Made by a program: the position numbers and the translations under genes. The notes beneath the pieces are model-generated. The model was not told where the DNA came from and did no database searches. It was given only the letters and a program-made list of their open reading frames with translations. DNA of 28,388 nucleotides from a virus (taxonomy: Duplodnaviria; Caudoviricetes), in the IMG/VR virus record IMGVR_UViG_3300009481_000070, positions 1-28,388 of that record. One strand, given 5' to 3'. Positions 7,402 through 17,200 of the stretch are shown piece after piece. Positions within the stretch are counted from its first letter, which is position 1; each line of letters begins with the position of its first letter.

Positions 7402-8208
7402 ATGGCTAATAAAAAAGCGAATGGTAGTAAGTCTACTAAAGGGACCGACCTTACCGCATTGTTTGAAAAACATGCCGGTGAAGGATTCGGACAAGTTGGC
7501 GCAGAAGATTTGGTGACACCTAGAATCCAAATCATTCAAGCGCTATCACCAGTTCTACAAAAAACAAAGCCTGAGTATCATGCCGATGCCCATGCCGGAG
7601 ACTTTTTGTTTACTGGAAACAATTCGATTATTGATGGGGTGGAAGGATTTTTATTTCAGCCTTGTTGGTATGATCGGAACTATGTTGAGTGGAACCTCAG
7701 AGAAAATGGCGGCGGTTTAGTTGCTGTTCACCCTGCTGACACAGATTTAATCTACAAAGCAGAGCGTGATCCGCAATACAGAGACATCATTGCACACAAT
7801 GATGGTCGCAGAACTCAGTTGGTAAACACTGGAAACCACTACGGGTACCTACACGCAAACGATACAACCTATCGTTGCGTGATTAACCTGTCTGGTTCTC
7901 AGCTAAAACACTCACGTTCTTGGAACAACATGGTTATTACACAAACAGTGAAAGGAAAGAAAGGCTCGTTTAATCCGCCTGCCTTTGCTCAACTGTATCG
8001 TGTGGGCACCAAGGAAGAGTCCAATGACAAAGGGTCTTGGTACGGCTTTAACGTCGCACTTGAGACACTGGTCTCCGACAAGGAACAGTTTTCAGAAGGC
8101 CAAGACTTTGCCAACTTCTGCGAAGGAGGCGGTATGTCTGCGCTTGGAAAACCATCAACTAAAACCGCAATACAGGACAAGTCCAAGTCTGACGAAGACT
8201 GGGCATAA
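7402..8208 (+). CDS. putative single-stranded DNA-binding protein, 268 aa
   Basis: G.GF...AEDL.TPRI.IIQALSP N-terminus, SNDKGSWY, and an acidic-aromatic C-terminal tail (DEDWA); position upstream of the primase. Function is inferred. Confidence 0.6.
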   Translation: MANKKANGSKSTKGTDLTALFEKHAGEGFGQVGAEDLVTPRIQIIQALSPVLQKTKPEYHADAHAGDFLFTGNNSIIDGVEGFLFQPCWYDRNYVEWNLRENGGGLVAVHPADTDLIYKAERDPQYRDIIAHNDGRRTQLVNTGNHYGYLHANDTTYRCVINLSGSQLKHSRSWNNMVITQTVKGKKGSFNPPAFAQLYRVGTKEESNDKGSWYGFNVALETLVSDKEQFSEGQDFANFCEGGGMSALGKPSTKTAIQDKSKSDEDWA

Positions 8209-8221
8209 CTGACTGCTAGCG

Positions 8222-8277
8222 CAAGGGCTTTCCAATACTTGACAACACACCTGGAAGGCCCTTGTTTGCAAAGGGGC
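8222..8277 (+). promoter_or_regulatory. 13-bp hairpin with an alternative SD-sequestering hairpin before the primase
   Basis: CAAGGGCTTTCCA (8222-8234) pairs with TGGAAGGCCCTTG (8252-8264); GCCCTT (8258-8263) can instead pair with AGGGGC (8272-8277). Confidence 0.5.
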
Positions 8278-8280
8278 GCA

Positions 8281-9879
8281 ATGAAAGATATAGCATTAGA
8301 GTTTATGGAAACTTTTGCCGGACTAGATAGAGCCTATGGTGTTTATAAAATAGAGGGTACAAAACAAACCCCAAAAGGCACAAAGAAAGATGGAAAGGGA
8401 AGGACACTACAAGAGCCTTTGTCCTTGGTCCACTGGCAGCAGCACCTAGAAGGCACAACATCTATTGGCGTTATACCAATCACTGACGACGAAACGTGTC
8501 AGTGGGGTTGCATAGACGTTGACGAATACCCAGTGGACGTAGAACACTTGCAAAAACTCATTAAAGACATGTCATTGCCCTTGGTCCCCTGTACGACCAA
8601 ATCGGGCGGCATACACTTATTTTTATTTACAAAGGTTCCCGTCTCTGCGTTTAAGTTCAGATCAAAACTAGAAGAGATAGCAGCGGCCATGGGAAGAACA
8701 GGAGACGAGATCTTTCCAAAGCAATATCAATGGAGCAAGCAAGTAGAAAGACATAAGCAGACAGGAAACTGGCTCAACATGCCGTACTTTGGCGGCAAAG
8801 ACACCACACGATATGGACTCAATGAGAAGGGAGAAGCACTGAGTCCGGAAGAATTTTTAAAAGAAGTCAAGCGTAAAGCACTGGACGAAGATGCGCTTGA
8901 TAAAGTTAAACCAGTGAAGAAAAGCCGAAAGGCTAGGCAGGAGGGTTCTGCCGAAGCTTTTTGGGACCATGCACCGCCCTGTTTGGTACACATGAAGCTA
9001 AACGGGATACCTGAAGGCACCCGCAACGATGCCCTCTTTTCTTACGGCGTACTTTTTAGAAAGGTACATCCGGAAAGTGATGAGTGGCGCGATAAACTTC
9101 AGGAGGTAAACAAGACGGCGTGTCACAAGCCCCTGTCACACACTGAATTGAATGCCTTGATGAATAGTTTGGAGAAATCCGACTATCTCTATAAGTGTAC
9201 CACACCTCCTTTGGTAAACCATTGCCAAAGCGGAACATGCGTCACAAGAAGATACGGTATAGATGCATCTGAAAAACAGATGTCTCTGTCAGGTCTTAGA
9301 AAGTACCTGACGGACCCTCCTCTCTGGCATTTAGACATGGAAGGAAAGACCCTGGTCCTCGAAACACGGGAACTGCACAGCTTTACATTGTTTCAGCAAA
9401 AGTGCATGGATGTTTTGAACCAGTGTCCTCCTGACATGAAGAAAAAAGATTGGGTGATGAAACTAAACGCACTCTTGCAAAACGTACAAGAGATAGAAGT
9501 GCCACCCGACATGACCAAATCAGGACTACTACAAGACGCAGTTATGGAGTTCTGCAAGAACACAGAATCTTCTGCTCGCGTGGCTGTTGCCGCAGGTGCT
9601 GTATACCGCAGTGAAGAAAAAGATGACCATGAATGGTGGTTTCGTGGGCGAGACTTGGTAAAATACATTAGAGATTTCAAAGGGATGAAAGGCATAAAGG
9701 AAGCTGAGATCTATAGCGAACTTAAAAATATTGGCGCAACAACTGCTGTTAAATACATAGACAAAAGTATGGGCAACAGTTCTCTTTGGGTGCTTAGTAC
9801 AGAAGAAAACAAAGCACTGAACGTGAGCGCAGACGACTTTAAACTTAACAATCCAATCAAGGATTGGGAAGATGAGTAA
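8281..9879 (+). CDS. archaeo-eukaryotic (AEP) primase with PriCT/PriL-like C-terminal region, 532 aa
   Basis: AEP motif I (WGCIDVD), motif II (TKSGGIHLF), EIFPKQ and GNWLNMPY; PriCT-like EGTRNDALF...PLS.TEL. Start reassigned to ATG 8281. Confidence 0.85.
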   Translation: MKDIALEFMETFAGLDRAYGVYKIEGTKQTPKGTKKDGKGRTLQEPLSLVHWQQHLEGTTSIGVIPITDDETCQWGCIDVDEYPVDVEHLQKLIKDMSLPLVPCTTKSGGIHLFLFTKVPVSAFKFRSKLEEIAAAMGRTGDEIFPKQYQWSKQVERHKQTGNWLNMPYFGGKDTTRYGLNEKGEALSPEEFLKEVKRKALDEDALDKVKPVKKSRKARQEGSAEAFWDHAPPCLVHMKLNGIPEGTRNDALFSYGVLFRKVHPESDEWRDKLQEVNKTACHKPLSHTELNALMNSLEKSDYLYKCTTPPLVNHCQSGTCVTRRYGIDASEKQMSLSGLRKYLTDPPLWHLDMEGKTLVLETRELHSFTLFQQKCMDVLNQCPPDMKKKDWVMKLNALLQNVQEIEVPPDMTKSGLLQDAVMEFCKNTESSARVAVAAGAVYRSEEKDDHEWWFRGRDLVKYIRDFKGMKGIKEAEIYSELKNIGATTAVKYIDKSMGNSSLWVLSTEENKALNVSADDFKLNNPIKDWEDE

Positions 9880-11416
9880 TGTAGATAAGTTCTTTGGGCC
9901 TCCTGGCACCGGAAAAACAACCACACTGCTACGAAAGATAGAAGAACACCTTGACCAAGGTGTTGCCCCCGATAAGATTGCATTCATTTCTTTTTCTGTA
10001 AAAGCAGCAGAGGAAGGAAAGCACAGAGCAAGAAGACGTTTTGGTTTTGACAAAGACGATCTTGTTTACTTTTGTACGAGCCATGCGTTTTGCAAAAGAG
10101 CCATGGGTATTACAAGAGTATTAGAAGGACAAGACATCAAAGAGTTTTTAGAACTGTACAGCTTTCCATTGACTCAACACTACCACGGCAAGACCAGTAA
10201 ATCCTTAGATGCCATGGTCGAGGATCCTTACTTTCAGATCATAGAAAACGCCAAAGCAAACTGTAGGCTTGTCGGTGCAGAGAGATTACGAACACCCATA
10301 AAACAAAGACAGAAGGTTGAGCCTGCGTTGTTGGAAGCGATCAACAAAGCTTGGGCACAGTACAGAGAAGAACAAAGCATCTTTTCTTTTGCTGACATGA
10401 TTAATGAGTTTATAAATAAAGGAAGAGTGCCTGACCTAGAAGTTTTAATTGTAGACGAAGCACAGGACTTGGCGGAATTGAACTGGCGTTTGATAGAAAA
10501 ACTTATGTCCGTGGTCCCCGTTTCTTATATCGCGGGTGACGATGACCAAGCCATATACGAATGGAACGGTGCACGTCCGGATCGGTTTATTGGAATGGAA
10601 GGTAGGACCGTGGTCCTCGATCAGTCTTTTAGAGTACCAAAAGAAGTGCACAGAGTGGCAGAGAGAATCGCGTCTCGAATCAGTACACGACAGGCAAAGA
10701 AATATTTGCCTACAAGCAGAGAGGGAAAGACAGAACGACTGCCCTCCGTAGATGTTTTGCCTACGAAAGAAGGAGAGTGGTTAATCCTTGCCTCTTGCGA
10801 CTACATGTTGAACGGCGACAGCGAAGGACACAACATAAGAAAGAGATTGGTTGACCAAGGTGTGCCTTTCTCACACAACGGATTTAGATATATTCCACAA
10901 ACAATGATAGAAGCGGTTGATGCGTGGAAGGAACTGAAACAAAAGAAGAAGATAACGGTGGGGCGATTGGAAACAATATACCGTTATCTAAGTAAAACAG
11001 AAGTGAAGAGGGGGTTTCTCTCCGCTCCTGCAAAAGAAGAAGACAAAAGCAAAGTCGTAAAGAAAAAAGAAGTGGTGGATCTTTTTGGCTTAGAAAAAGA
11101 ATGTCTTAATAAAACTTGGGAGGAAGTATTTTCAAAAAAGATCAAAGAACAAAAGATAGCTTTCATTAAGAAAGCCTTAAAAAACAAAGAGGACTTGCAC
11201 AGTGAGCCAAGGATTTCCTTGTCTACAATACACAAGGCAAAAGGCGGAGAAGCAGACAACGTAGCTGTACTGCTAGACTTGTCTCCGGCACAAAAACTGA
11301 ACGCGACATTAAACGCAGACAGTTTACACAGACAGTTCTATGTGGCCGTGACTCGAGCAAGAGAAAACCTCTTTTTAATTAACGCACAAAACGAGACACT
11401 ACAATATGGCCTTTAA
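9872..11416 (+). CDS. UvrD/Rep-like SF1 DNA helicase, 514 aa
   Basis: GPPGTGKT, VDEAQD, GDDDQAIY, LDQSFR, STIHKAKGGE and YVAVTRA motifs. Confidence 0.93.
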   Translation: MSNVDKFFGPPGTGKTTTLLRKIEEHLDQGVAPDKIAFISFSVKAAEEGKHRARRRFGFDKDDLVYFCTSHAFCKRAMGITRVLEGQDIKEFLELYSFPLTQHYHGKTSKSLDAMVEDPYFQIIENAKANCRLVGAERLRTPIKQRQKVEPALLEAINKAWAQYREEQSIFSFADMINEFINKGRVPDLEVLIVDEAQDLAELNWRLIEKLMSVVPVSYIAGDDDQAIYEWNGARPDRFIGMEGRTVVLDQSFRVPKEVHRVAERIASRISTRQAKKYLPTSREGKTERLPSVDVLPTKEGEWLILASCDYMLNGDSEGHNIRKRLVDQGVPFSHNGFRYIPQTMIEAVDAWKELKQKKKITVGRLETIYRYLSKTEVKRGFLSAPAKEEDKSKVVKKKEVVDLFGLEKECLNKTWEEVFSKKIKEQKIAFIKKALKNKEDLHSEPRISLSTIHKAKGGEADNVAVLLDLSPAQKLNATLNADSLHRQFYVAVTRARENLFLINAQNETLQYGL

Positions 11417-13265
11417 AACATTTCAACCACCAACAGAGTGGACACCACCCGACATCTTTCCAACGCAAAGACTCCTCGATGCAGACGAGATTGCAATAGA
11501 TACCGAGACAAGAGACCCCAACCTAAAAGAAAAAGGACCTGGCTATGTCCGCGGCGACGGAGAGATTGTCGGCGTTTCAATTGCTTGCGACGGATACGCA
11601 GATTACTTTCCTTTTGCACACGAGTCAGGCTTTAACTTTCCAAAGAAAAAGGTATTGGACTTTGTTAAAGAAGTTTTGTCCGGAGAACAAGACAAGATTT
11701 TTCACAATGCCATGTACGACGTGGGTTGGCTAAAGAAAGAAGGTGTAGACGTGAAGGGCAGAATCATTGACACCATGGTTGTTGCCCCTTTGGTTAATGA
11801 AAACATGTACTGGTACACACTTAATGCCTTGGGCATAGAGTATTTACAAGAAGGAAAGTCTGAGGCTGAACTGAGACAAGCAGCAGAAGAGTGGGGCATT
11901 GATCCGAAAGCAGAAATGTGGCGACTGCCTTCTTCTTATGTTGGTACTTATGCAACACAGGACGCGGCACTGACACTCAAACTTTGGAACCATTTTAAAA
12001 TACACCTAGAAGATCAAAACCTTTGGAACATCTTTAACCTAGAAACAGATCTGTTTCCTGTTTTGTTTAACATGAAGATGACGGGAGTACGAGTTGATCT
12101 TGACAGAGCAGAGCAACTAAAAAAGCAGTTGATTAAGCAACAAGAACAAATAGTTAAAGAAGTAATTAAAGAGTCAGGTGTGAAAGATGTAAGAGTATGG
12201 GCAGCAAACTCTGTAGCACAGGTGTTTGATGCTTGCAAAATACCTTACAACCACACGGCAAAAGGTTCTCCAAGTTTTACCAAAGCATTTTTGGCAAACC
12301 ACGAACACCCTATGGCACAGAAGATTATGAAGATAAGGGAGTTGAACAAGGCGCACAGCACTTTTATTGACACGATTGCTAAACACGCACACAACGGGCG
12401 TATTCATGCAGACATTCGACAGTTAAAAGGAGAGACTGGAGGCACTGTGACAGGTCGTTTGTCCATGTCAAACCCAAACTTACAACAAGTCCCTGCCAGA
12501 GACAAAGAGTTGGGGCCGCTGATTCGTTCTTTGTTTCTTCCGGAAAAAGGAGAAAAGTGGTGTTCTGCTGACTTTTCTCAGCAAGAACCCAGGATATTAA
12601 CACACTTTGCTTACAGGTCTAAGTACGAAGGTGCAGATTCTATTGCAGAAGCGTTCATTTCTGGTGATGCAGACTTTCACCAAGAGGTTGCAAACCTTGC
12701 AGGCATAGACCGTAAGACAGCCAAGACAATTGGTCTTGGTATTATGTACGGCATGGGCAAAGGCAAGCTTGCAGACCAACTAGGAGTCGATGTTGCAGAG
12801 GCAAGTGAGATACTGGTTCGTTTCAACACTTACGCACCTTTTGTTAGGCAGCTTGCAGATACAGTAATGCGAAGCGCGAGCACAAGAGGATACATTAAAA
12901 CACTACTTGGTCGCCGATCTCACTTTGATATGTGGGAACCAAGACAATACGGCACTGGTCGACCAATGAAATACAAAGAAGCGATGCACGAATACAACGG
13001 AGATATAAAGCGTGCTTTCGTGTATAAAGCGTTGAACAAATTGATACAAGGGTCAGCCGCAGACATGACAAAGAAAGCGATGCTAGACTGCTACAATGCG
13101 TCCTACGCACCTTTACTACAGGTACATGACGAACTTGTTTTTTCTGTGGCAAACAAAAAGCAAATAAAAGAAATTACAGAGATTATGGAAGACTCTGTAA
13201 AACTAGAAGTACCAAATAAAGTTGACGCAGAAATAGGAAAGAATTGGGGAGACTCTATGTCCTAG
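11406..13265 (+). CDS. polA: family A DNA polymerase with 3'-5' exonuclease, 619 aa (Leu762 type)
   Basis: Exo motifs DTET, HNAMYD and YATQD; polymerase motifs TGRLS..PNLQQ, DFSQQEPR (A), RKTAKTIGLGIMYG (B), IQGSAAD and QVHDEL (C). Confidence 0.96.
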   Translation: MAFKTFQPPTEWTPPDIFPTQRLLDADEIAIDTETRDPNLKEKGPGYVRGDGEIVGVSIACDGYADYFPFAHESGFNFPKKKVLDFVKEVLSGEQDKIFHNAMYDVGWLKKEGVDVKGRIIDTMVVAPLVNENMYWYTLNALGIEYLQEGKSEAELRQAAEEWGIDPKAEMWRLPSSYVGTYATQDAALTLKLWNHFKIHLEDQNLWNIFNLETDLFPVLFNMKMTGVRVDLDRAEQLKKQLIKQQEQIVKEVIKESGVKDVRVWAANSVAQVFDACKIPYNHTAKGSPSFTKAFLANHEHPMAQKIMKIRELNKAHSTFIDTIAKHAHNGRIHADIRQLKGETGGTVTGRLSMSNPNLQQVPARDKELGPLIRSLFLPEKGEKWCSADFSQQEPRILTHFAYRSKYEGADSIAEAFISGDADFHQEVANLAGIDRKTAKTIGLGIMYGMGKGKLADQLGVDVAEASEILVRFNTYAPFVRQLADTVMRSASTRGYIKTLLGRRSHFDMWEPRQYGTGRPMKYKEAMHEYNGDIKRAFVYKALNKLIQGSAADMTKKAMLDCYNASYAPLLQVHDELVFSVANKKQIKEITEIMEDSVKLEVPNKVDAEIGKNWGDSMS

Positions 13266-13272
13266 ACGTTAG

Positions 13273-13301
13273 TTGATATTGGTCTTATACTTTTGTATAA
13301 T
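13273..13301 (+). promoter_or_regulatory. sigma70 promoter TTGATA-N17-TATAAT
   Basis: Near-consensus promoter, also with TG just before the -10; TCTTATA box in the spacer. Confidence 0.8.
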
Positions 13302-13331
13302 TCTTAATAAATCTCATATAAGGAGTAGGTA

Positions 13332-13487
13332 ATGGACACCACTAAGTGGAAAAGCGTAGCTATACGCACAGACATTGTAAAAATGGCAGACAAAATAGCT
13401 AAGAAAACTGAAAGACCTAAGAGCTATGTCTTTGCGTATGCGATCAAACGTTTGGCAGAGGACATAGACAACGGCAAGGCGCAGTGA
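13332..13487 (+). CDS. small RHH-type DNA-binding protein, 51 aa (MDTTKWKSVAIRTDIVKMADKIAKKTERPKSYVFAYAIKRLAEDIDNGKAQ)
   Basis: Hand translation; AAGGAG SD; beta-helix-helix pattern; GTGA overlap with the next gene. Not in the ORF track. Confidence 0.85.
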   Translation: MDTTKWKSVAIRTDIVKMADKIAKKTERPKSYVFAYAIKRLAEDIDNGKAQ

Positions 13488-14218
13488 AAGCAGAAATTCT
13501 TTTTTCTTCTCCGTACGAATACAAAGAACTTTCTAGGGAAACCGGTGAAGTTGGAAGGCTTTATGTAAACGGAGAAGAAAGACTGCCTTCTGTAACCACT
13601 GTTTTATCAAAAACAAAACCACAAAACGACAGTTTACAAAAATGGATTGAGCGTGTGGGCCAAGAAGAAGCGGACCGAATAAGAAAAGAAGCGGCTGCTC
13701 GAGGCACTGAGATGCATGAGATACTAGAAAAGCAACTTCTTGAAGGCAGTATTTGGAATTATTATCCTGAAACACCCGAACAAAAGAGAGCCTATAAAAT
13801 GGCGTGCACAATTATGGACCAAGGTTTTCCTTCCATTGACCAAGTATATGGTTGTGAGGTCTCGTTGTACTATCCAGGGAAGTATGCAGGCACGGCTGAC
13901 GTGATTGGAAAACATTTAGGCACTGAAGCCATCATGGATTTTAAACAAACCAACACACCAAAAAGACGTAGAGAATATCTTTGGGATTATTTTCAACAAC
14001 TTGCGGCGTATGCAATGGCACACAACGAGGTTTATGGCACAGAAATAAAGAAGGGTGTGATTATGATGTGCTCGGTTGATTGCTTTTACCAAGAGTTTGT
14101 TTTAGAAGGAAGAGAGTTTGAGCGTGCAGCAGAAGCTTGGAACACTCGATTAGATAACTTTATAAGTCTTCTCGAACAGACTGAGAGTCAAAGTCAGGTG
14201 AAAGAGGAAGATCATTAA
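13484..14218 (+). CDS. PD-(D/E)XK exonuclease (MGME1/Cas4-like superfamily), 244 aa
   Basis: LPSVTTVL, RGTEMH, E..L, YAGTAD, IMDFK and QLAAY motifs. Confidence 0.88.
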   Translation: MKAEILFSSPYEYKELSRETGEVGRLYVNGEERLPSVTTVLSKTKPQNDSLQKWIERVGQEEADRIRKEAAARGTEMHEILEKQLLEGSIWNYYPETPEQKRAYKMACTIMDQGFPSIDQVYGCEVSLYYPGKYAGTADVIGKHLGTEAIMDFKQTNTPKRRREYLWDYFQQLAAYAMAHNEVYGTEIKKGVIMMCSVDCFYQEFVLEGREFERAAEAWNTRLDNFISLLEQTESQSQVKEEDH

Positions 14219-17200
14219 AGTAATCGTAAATAATATCGAAAGCATTTTCGTCCCAAAAACGAACAGAAGGAACACCTTCCGAACGTTCTAACTGTTCTGT
14301 TCTAGTTTCAAAACGTTTTTTAATTGCGTCCGATGGTTTTATAGCAACATTTAAACCCTCATCAACAATATTTTTTCGTTCCTTTTTGTTTGTAAGACGT
14401 TCTTTTTTAACTGTGTCTATTTCATCACGGTTCCCATTTAATATTTTCGCTGCTTCAAACGTATTGTAAATGGTTTGGTTTATAAAATAGTTAGCTTTTT
14501 GAGCTTCTATCCAAGCGGACTCTAGTTCTTCCGAAGTTACCGCACCTCGGTTATACGCTACTCTATTAAAAATATTTTTAGCTTCTCTTTTTTGGGTAAG
14601 AAGATCTGTTAAAGCAAAACTTAAACTGGCGGTAGGATTAACTCGATTGACTTTCATACCAAAGAAAGACAACCACGCATCCCCTAACTCTTGTTTACTT
14701 CCAAAACGATCATAAGCCGCTTCTTCTGCTTGTTGCCCACGCAATACTTTTGCTCCCGCTGAAGCTATTCCAGGCTGCGTTCTTTCCCACATATAGTTAA
14801 GATAAGTCGCAGCTTCTTCTGCGGCCCCGTTAAAAGGCAGTGCTTCTCTTCGAGCAGTGTTAAATATAGGCTTACCAGTATTGTTGTTTCTGTTTTGCAT
14901 AACATCTAACGCAGCCTGATGAAAAATACTGCGTTCAGTGTAGGGCTCCATAAACTCAGTTATACTTCTTCTCATGGCGATTGAAGCACTTTCCACTATT
15001 CCTCGTCCTTCTTCTCTACCCTCTTCATATTCCCGCATTGTAGCAAAAGGAATCTGTGCAAGATCGTCGTAAACTAAAATGTAACTTCCGTCAAGGTAAT
15101 CAAAACCACCGCCGTCTTCTTCGCTTTTTTTGTCTATTGGAACTAACAAGTTGTGTTTTGCCCAATCAGGAAGAAATTTTTTGGCTGCTTTAAGGTCTTC
15201 ATCATCTATATCATTTAAAGCCTGTCCAATTGCTTGGGCGGTTGCACCAACACCGAAAGCGGATAAGCCATACCCCGTAAGTCTTGCAGCCCCCCTTGCT
15301 TGCAGTCTTGAATTGTTTGACCCTAGTTCTTTAAAAGCAAGCGCATTTATGTTGGCGCTGGTTCTTACTATTTCTGTTGGAAAAGCAATAAAGTTTCCAA
15401 AAGGAGCAGCCACACCACTTCTTAAAATGTCAGCAAAGTTTCCAACATAATCATAGTTCGGCACTGTTTGTCGGACTATGAAAGCAGCCAACTCTTCTCT
15501 TGCAGCCATAAAATCGTTTTTGTTTAGTGTGTCCTGCATTCCCAGTTCTTTAGACCACTCGATCATTTGCATGTAATCGGCTTCGGTTTGAAATGTTTTT
15601 TCTAGTGTGTTTAGTTCAGAATAATAAGCAATGATTTTCCAAAAATCATCGGCAGCAGTATACGCTTGTTCTGCCCCTCTATACGCTTTATTAAAAGGTT
15701 TCCATAAAACCGCTGTAAAATCACCTGGCTCTTGGAACATTCCAGAACCAGCCAACCTAAACGTGTTTAGCACGTCTCCCAAACGAACACTGGTATTAAG
15801 AACACCCAGTTCTTGCAAGCGCCTATATGTTCTTTGCGCTCTTTGTTTTGCACTGATTGGACGGCCTTGTGCGTCAACACCGCCTTCAAAGAGTTCATGC
15901 CCAATAATCTTTATGGCTTTAGGAAAATTTGAAGCAATCCCTAAAAAATGTCCGTTGCCCAATACAAACATAGCAGCACTCATAAAGTTCCTGATTTGTG
16001 CAGGAGGGCTGAGAACAATTTTACCAAGTTGTGTCCAAGCTTTAGGTGTAAGCACGAGGTTTTTCCAAAGAGAAGCATTCATTCCACTTGTAAGCATTTG
16101 TTGCGTGCCACCCATTTGTCCTAAAGCTTCAGCAACACCCCTTGTTGTGTACATTCCGTTAAAAGGGTTGTAACCCTCTGTATTAACTTGATAATAAAAA
16201 CCCTTGTCTTTACCAAGCCACCCCGGCATTCCCCCTAATTGTTCTTTACTTACAGGTACGGGAGAAAAAAGTCTTTGGCCCGGCTGCTCGTTTATAGCTG
16301 CCAGTGTTTGCCAAAAACGGTTGTTTTCGAGCAATGTAGAAAGACGAGCGGTCGTCACGGCTGCTGCCTCTAATGGGTTAGTTACTTCGCCCATTAAAGC
16401 TCTAACGGGTTTAGGTATTCTTTGTCTTTCTAGCAAAACATCTTTGGCTAAAGACTCAAACCCAGTTTCTCCTCTTTCAGTTTGATCTGCTCTTCCCAAA
16501 ACACGCATTCCGGCGAAAGCTTCAACAGGTTGTTGCCCTACCATACCTGAAGCAATCTTTGCTGTTTCTTGTTTAGCTTTCTCTATTGAATAACCAAAGC
16601 CTCCTTCTTCTATAGGACGCGACAAAAGCTCTTCAACAGCGGCTATGTTTTTTCTAAGTTCTCTGCCGCTCTTTGTAGGCAAGTTTCTTTGCCACCAACT
16701 TGTCGGATCATAAAAACCACCGGCTTCAAATATTTGATAAGAGCGAGTCATGTAACTACCTAAATTTTCTTGTATGACTTCTCTTAAAGGCTGACCTCTT
16801 TTTTCTGATTTTAAAAGATCTTTAGGTAACTCTCTTAACAAACGTTCACTCATCATGTCAATGAAAGAACGTATCTCCATAAAAGGTTCTCTAAGCGATG
16901 GCGGTAAAGTTCGATTAGCTATTTCGGCTGGTGTAAGTTTAAACTTTTCTGGATTTAGCATTTGTTGCATTTCTAAAAGATCGCCTTTTAAAATATGTCG
17001 AGTAATTAAAAGGTTTTGTTCTTCTTTATTAAGTTGAATAAAAGCCTCTTTTCGTGGTCCTTCAACAGAAGCTAAATCTTCTTCAGTTAAAATTTCAATG
17101 GTAGACAACGTTGACTCTATTATTTTAATTCTTTCTTGAGTTTCTTTTATGTCTTGCTCTATTCTAGCTTTTTCAGATGTTCCTTGAATTTCGTTTCCAT

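Noticed and set aside
8281-13265. Intein or intron in primase, helicase or PolA
   Set aside because: Motif spacing is compact and ORFs are uninterrupted; no intein splice-junction or homing-endonuclease motifs were seen.
13484-14218. Cas4 / CRISPR-associated nuclease
   Set aside because: It lacks the four-Cys Fe-S pattern of Cas4 and has no cas context; it fits a stand-alone phage exonuclease.
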